Origin: Spirochaetia bacterium
Lineage (GTDB): Bacteria > Spirochaetota > Spirochaetia > CADAEX01
Direction of reading: 5' to 3'
Length of the DNA stretch: 64,000 nucleotides
Assembly (NCBI GenBank): GCA_963662795.1
Contig: OY759746.1
Location: forward strand, 2,304,001-2,368,000
Below the pieces are notes generated by a model that saw only the letters and a list, made by a program, of their open reading frames with translations, had not been told where the DNA came from and made no database searches. Position numbers and translations under genes: made by a program. How positions within the stretch are numbered: the stretch's first letter is position 1; the number at the start of each line of letters is the position of its first letter. Of this stretch, positions 62,036 through 64,000 are shown piece after piece.

Positions 62036-62923
62036 TCAGTAATTTTCCAGATATAATTTCAGATAATAAAGACCCGAATCAACTGACCCTTTCGGAATTT
62101 TCATCACCTCGGCGATATCCTGATGTGTAGGTTCATCAGTTATCATATCAATCTTTTTTGTAATACTGTCTATACTTGATTTTTCCTTTGTTATTTTTAG
62201 ATAAAGCTGTTCCTTTTCTTCAAAGTTTAAAGAGGAGTGAAAGCTTTCATGAAGCAGGCAAAGCCTGCAGAAATGCCTGTTACGTCTGTTTTGAAGAAAG
62301 ATTTTTTTATTTTTCTTTTCCGACCTTTTTTCATCAAGCTGCCAGAAGGCGTCAGAAAGCCATTTGCGGTCGCAGTCAAGCATGTCAGATATACGGAATA
62401 TTTCATTTTCTGCACTGTAGTGCATGCTTTTAAGTGCAAGCATTAATAGCCTTTTCTTTAATGTGTTTTCCCTGTTGATTCCGGACGGGTCTCTTGCCAG
62501 AATGTCCTGAAAAAAATCAGCAAAGGGGTATGAGGGAGGTTCACATACTGAATCATTGCCGGCTGTGGATGAGTTTATGATTTTTTCATAAGGCCACAGT
62601 TCCTTGTTCTTCAATATTTTGATAGATACTTCTTCTGCCGTCTTTTTTGCTGCGAATGTCTTAACCTGGAGTTTAATGGTTTTTACGAGATATACCTCGA
62701 AGGGAACTTCCCTGATCTGGAATGAATCAACCATTCTTTCAATTTTTGGATAAAAATAGCTGAAAAAATCGCTGCAGTCATCCTCTTTCCAGTTATAAAT
62801 CCTGCCCGGGTATTTATAAACAAAAAGGCAGATTGCTTCCAGTACAATTTTTCTTGCTATGTTTCCGTTCCTGTAGGAAACAAGCATAGCGGTAAGGTCA
62901 TACTTTTTCATTTTTAACTCCAT
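62036..62923 (-). CDS. hypothetical protein with sigma70 region 2/4-like segments
   Basis: C-terminal HTH-like PTHQDIAEVMKIPKGSVDSGL; N-terminal DDCSDFF...F...PFEVYL. Confidence 0.6.
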   Translation of the reverse strand: MELKMKKYDLTAMLVSYRNGNIARKIVLEAICLFVYKYPGRIYNWKEDDCSDFFSYFYPKIERMVDSFQIREVPFEVYLVKTIKLQVKTFAAKKTAEEVSIKILKNKELWPYEKIINSSTAGNDSVCEPPSYPFADFFQDILARDPSGINRENTLKKRLLMLALKSMHYSAENEIFRISDMLDCDRKWLSDAFWQLDEKRSEKKNKKIFLQNRRNRHFCRLCLLHESFHSSLNFEEKEQLYLKITKEKSSIDSITKKIDMITDEPTHQDIAEVMKIPKGSVDSGLYYLKLYLENY

Positions 62924-63102
62924 GTTTTTTAAATATTTTTATACCGTCACAGGAGTGCAGCAAAAGGCCTTACCGCCGGCACTTTAACAGACCTAGAAAC
63001 ATGTATATAATTCGCTGATAAGTATAAATATAATACAGGTTAAAAACAGAAGCTGATTCAATTATACAGAAAATTTTAAAATTAAACTTATGGAAGGGAA
63101 AA

Positions 63103-64000
63103 ATGGCGTACGGAGCCGATATGCTGCTGGGTTACGGCAGTATGAAAGAAAGACTGCTTTTTGACGGGGATGAAATAGAATTTATTGAAGAGAATATAGA
63201 TAAACTTCACAGGATAGGGACAACGGCATATTATGCAGGTATTTCCGGGAAAGAAAAAAACGATCCTCTGAGGATGCAGTTTATTCCTGATAAAAGAGAG
63301 CTTGATATTGCGGAATATGAAAAACCGGATCCTCTGTGTGAGAAACAATTTTCCCCTCATGATAAAATAATTCACAGATACCCCGACAGGGTGCTCTTTC
63401 TGGCATCCGGCAGGTGTCCTTTATACTGCAGGCATTGTTTCAGGCGGTATCTCGGAGAAAAGGGATTCAGGGACGCGGATGAAAAAGATGTTGAAGACCT
63501 CATAAGCTATATAACCTGGCATAAGCAAATCCGGGAGGTATTAATCTCCGGAGGGGACCCGCTGATGCTTGAAGATGATTTTCTTGAGTATATTTGCCGC
63601 AGGATAAGAACAGCCGGCAAGGGGATTGTAATCAGGATAGGGACAAGGGTGCCTGTTGTTTATCCTTCACGTGTCAATGCTTCACTTGCAGAAATGCTCT
63701 CAAAATACCGGCCTCTTTATATATTTACGCAGTTTAATCACCCGAGAGAGATTACGGCCCAAAGCAGCGGGGCGGTGGATTTTTTTGTAAAATCGGGTAT
63801 TCCTGTATTGAACCAGACCGTTCTCCTTAGGGGAATAAATAATACGGCAGCTGTTCTTGAATCCCTTTTTTACTCTCTTGTTTCAATTTCTGTAAAGCCT
63901 TATTACCTTTTTCAGGGAGATCTTGCTTCCGGAACTTCCCATTTAAGGGCTCCGCTTGATGAGGGGCTTAGCCTGATGCGGTCCTTAAGGGAAAAGATGT
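63103..64000 (+). CDS. KamA-family radical SAM protein (lysine 2,3-aminomutase-like), runs off the window
   Basis: translated by hand: HRYPDRVLF...CPLYCRHCFRR, ISGGDPL, RIGTR.PV, FNHP.EI, NQTVLLRGIN, PYYLFQ.D; absent from the ORF track because it has no stop. Confidence 0.92.
   Translation, partial: MAYGADMLLGYGSMKERLLFDGDEIEFIEENIDKLHRIGTTAYYAGISGKEKNDPLRMQFIPDKRELDIAEYEKPDPLCEKQFSPHDKIIHRYPDRVLFLASGRCPLYCRHCFRRYLGEKGFRDADEKDVEDLISYITWHKQIREVLISGGDPLMLEDDFLEYICRRIRTAGKGIVIRIGTRVPVVYPSRVNASLAEMLSKYRPLYIFTQFNHPREITAQSSGAVDFFVKSGIPVLNQTVLLRGINNTAAVLESLFYSLVSISVKPYYLFQGDLASGTSHLRAPLDEGLSLMRSLREKM

Overview
Bacterial chromosome window, probably from a spirochaete (inferred from protein character; not checked). 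1-14.1 kb holds housekeeping genes: B12 radical SAM, gpsA, M3 peptidase, typA, ankyrin protein, DD-carboxypeptidase, DUF1499, acyl-CoA dehydrogenase, omptin and an Fe-S protein. 14.5-29 kb is a type I-C CRISPR-Cas locus that looks chimeric. A truncated first cas3 HD stub precedes cas3-cas5-cas8c(+hidden cas11)-cas7. Then a separately promoted AAA-ATPase-cas4-cas1-cas2 block leads into an array of about 65 repeats that runs into a decayed higBA pair. That second block is bracketed by two direct copies of a ~90-nt GC-rich structured element with compensatory base changes. 29-32.6 kb has host-like genes. About 32.7-59.4 kb is an AT-rich, decaying island next to tRNA-Leu(GAG) and a broken tyrosine integrase. 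It carries signalling genes and pseudogenes, IS3/IS481-like/IS5/IS256 relics, a solitary attC-like site and two intact RpiR-regulated nutrient operons (ABC transporter + HD hydrolase; M20 hydrolase + two-repeat membrane protein + two choline-kinase-like paralogues). The window ends with pepF, rdgB, a sigma-like protein and a KamA-family gene cut by the edge. All calls come from reading motifs by eye; no database searches were run.
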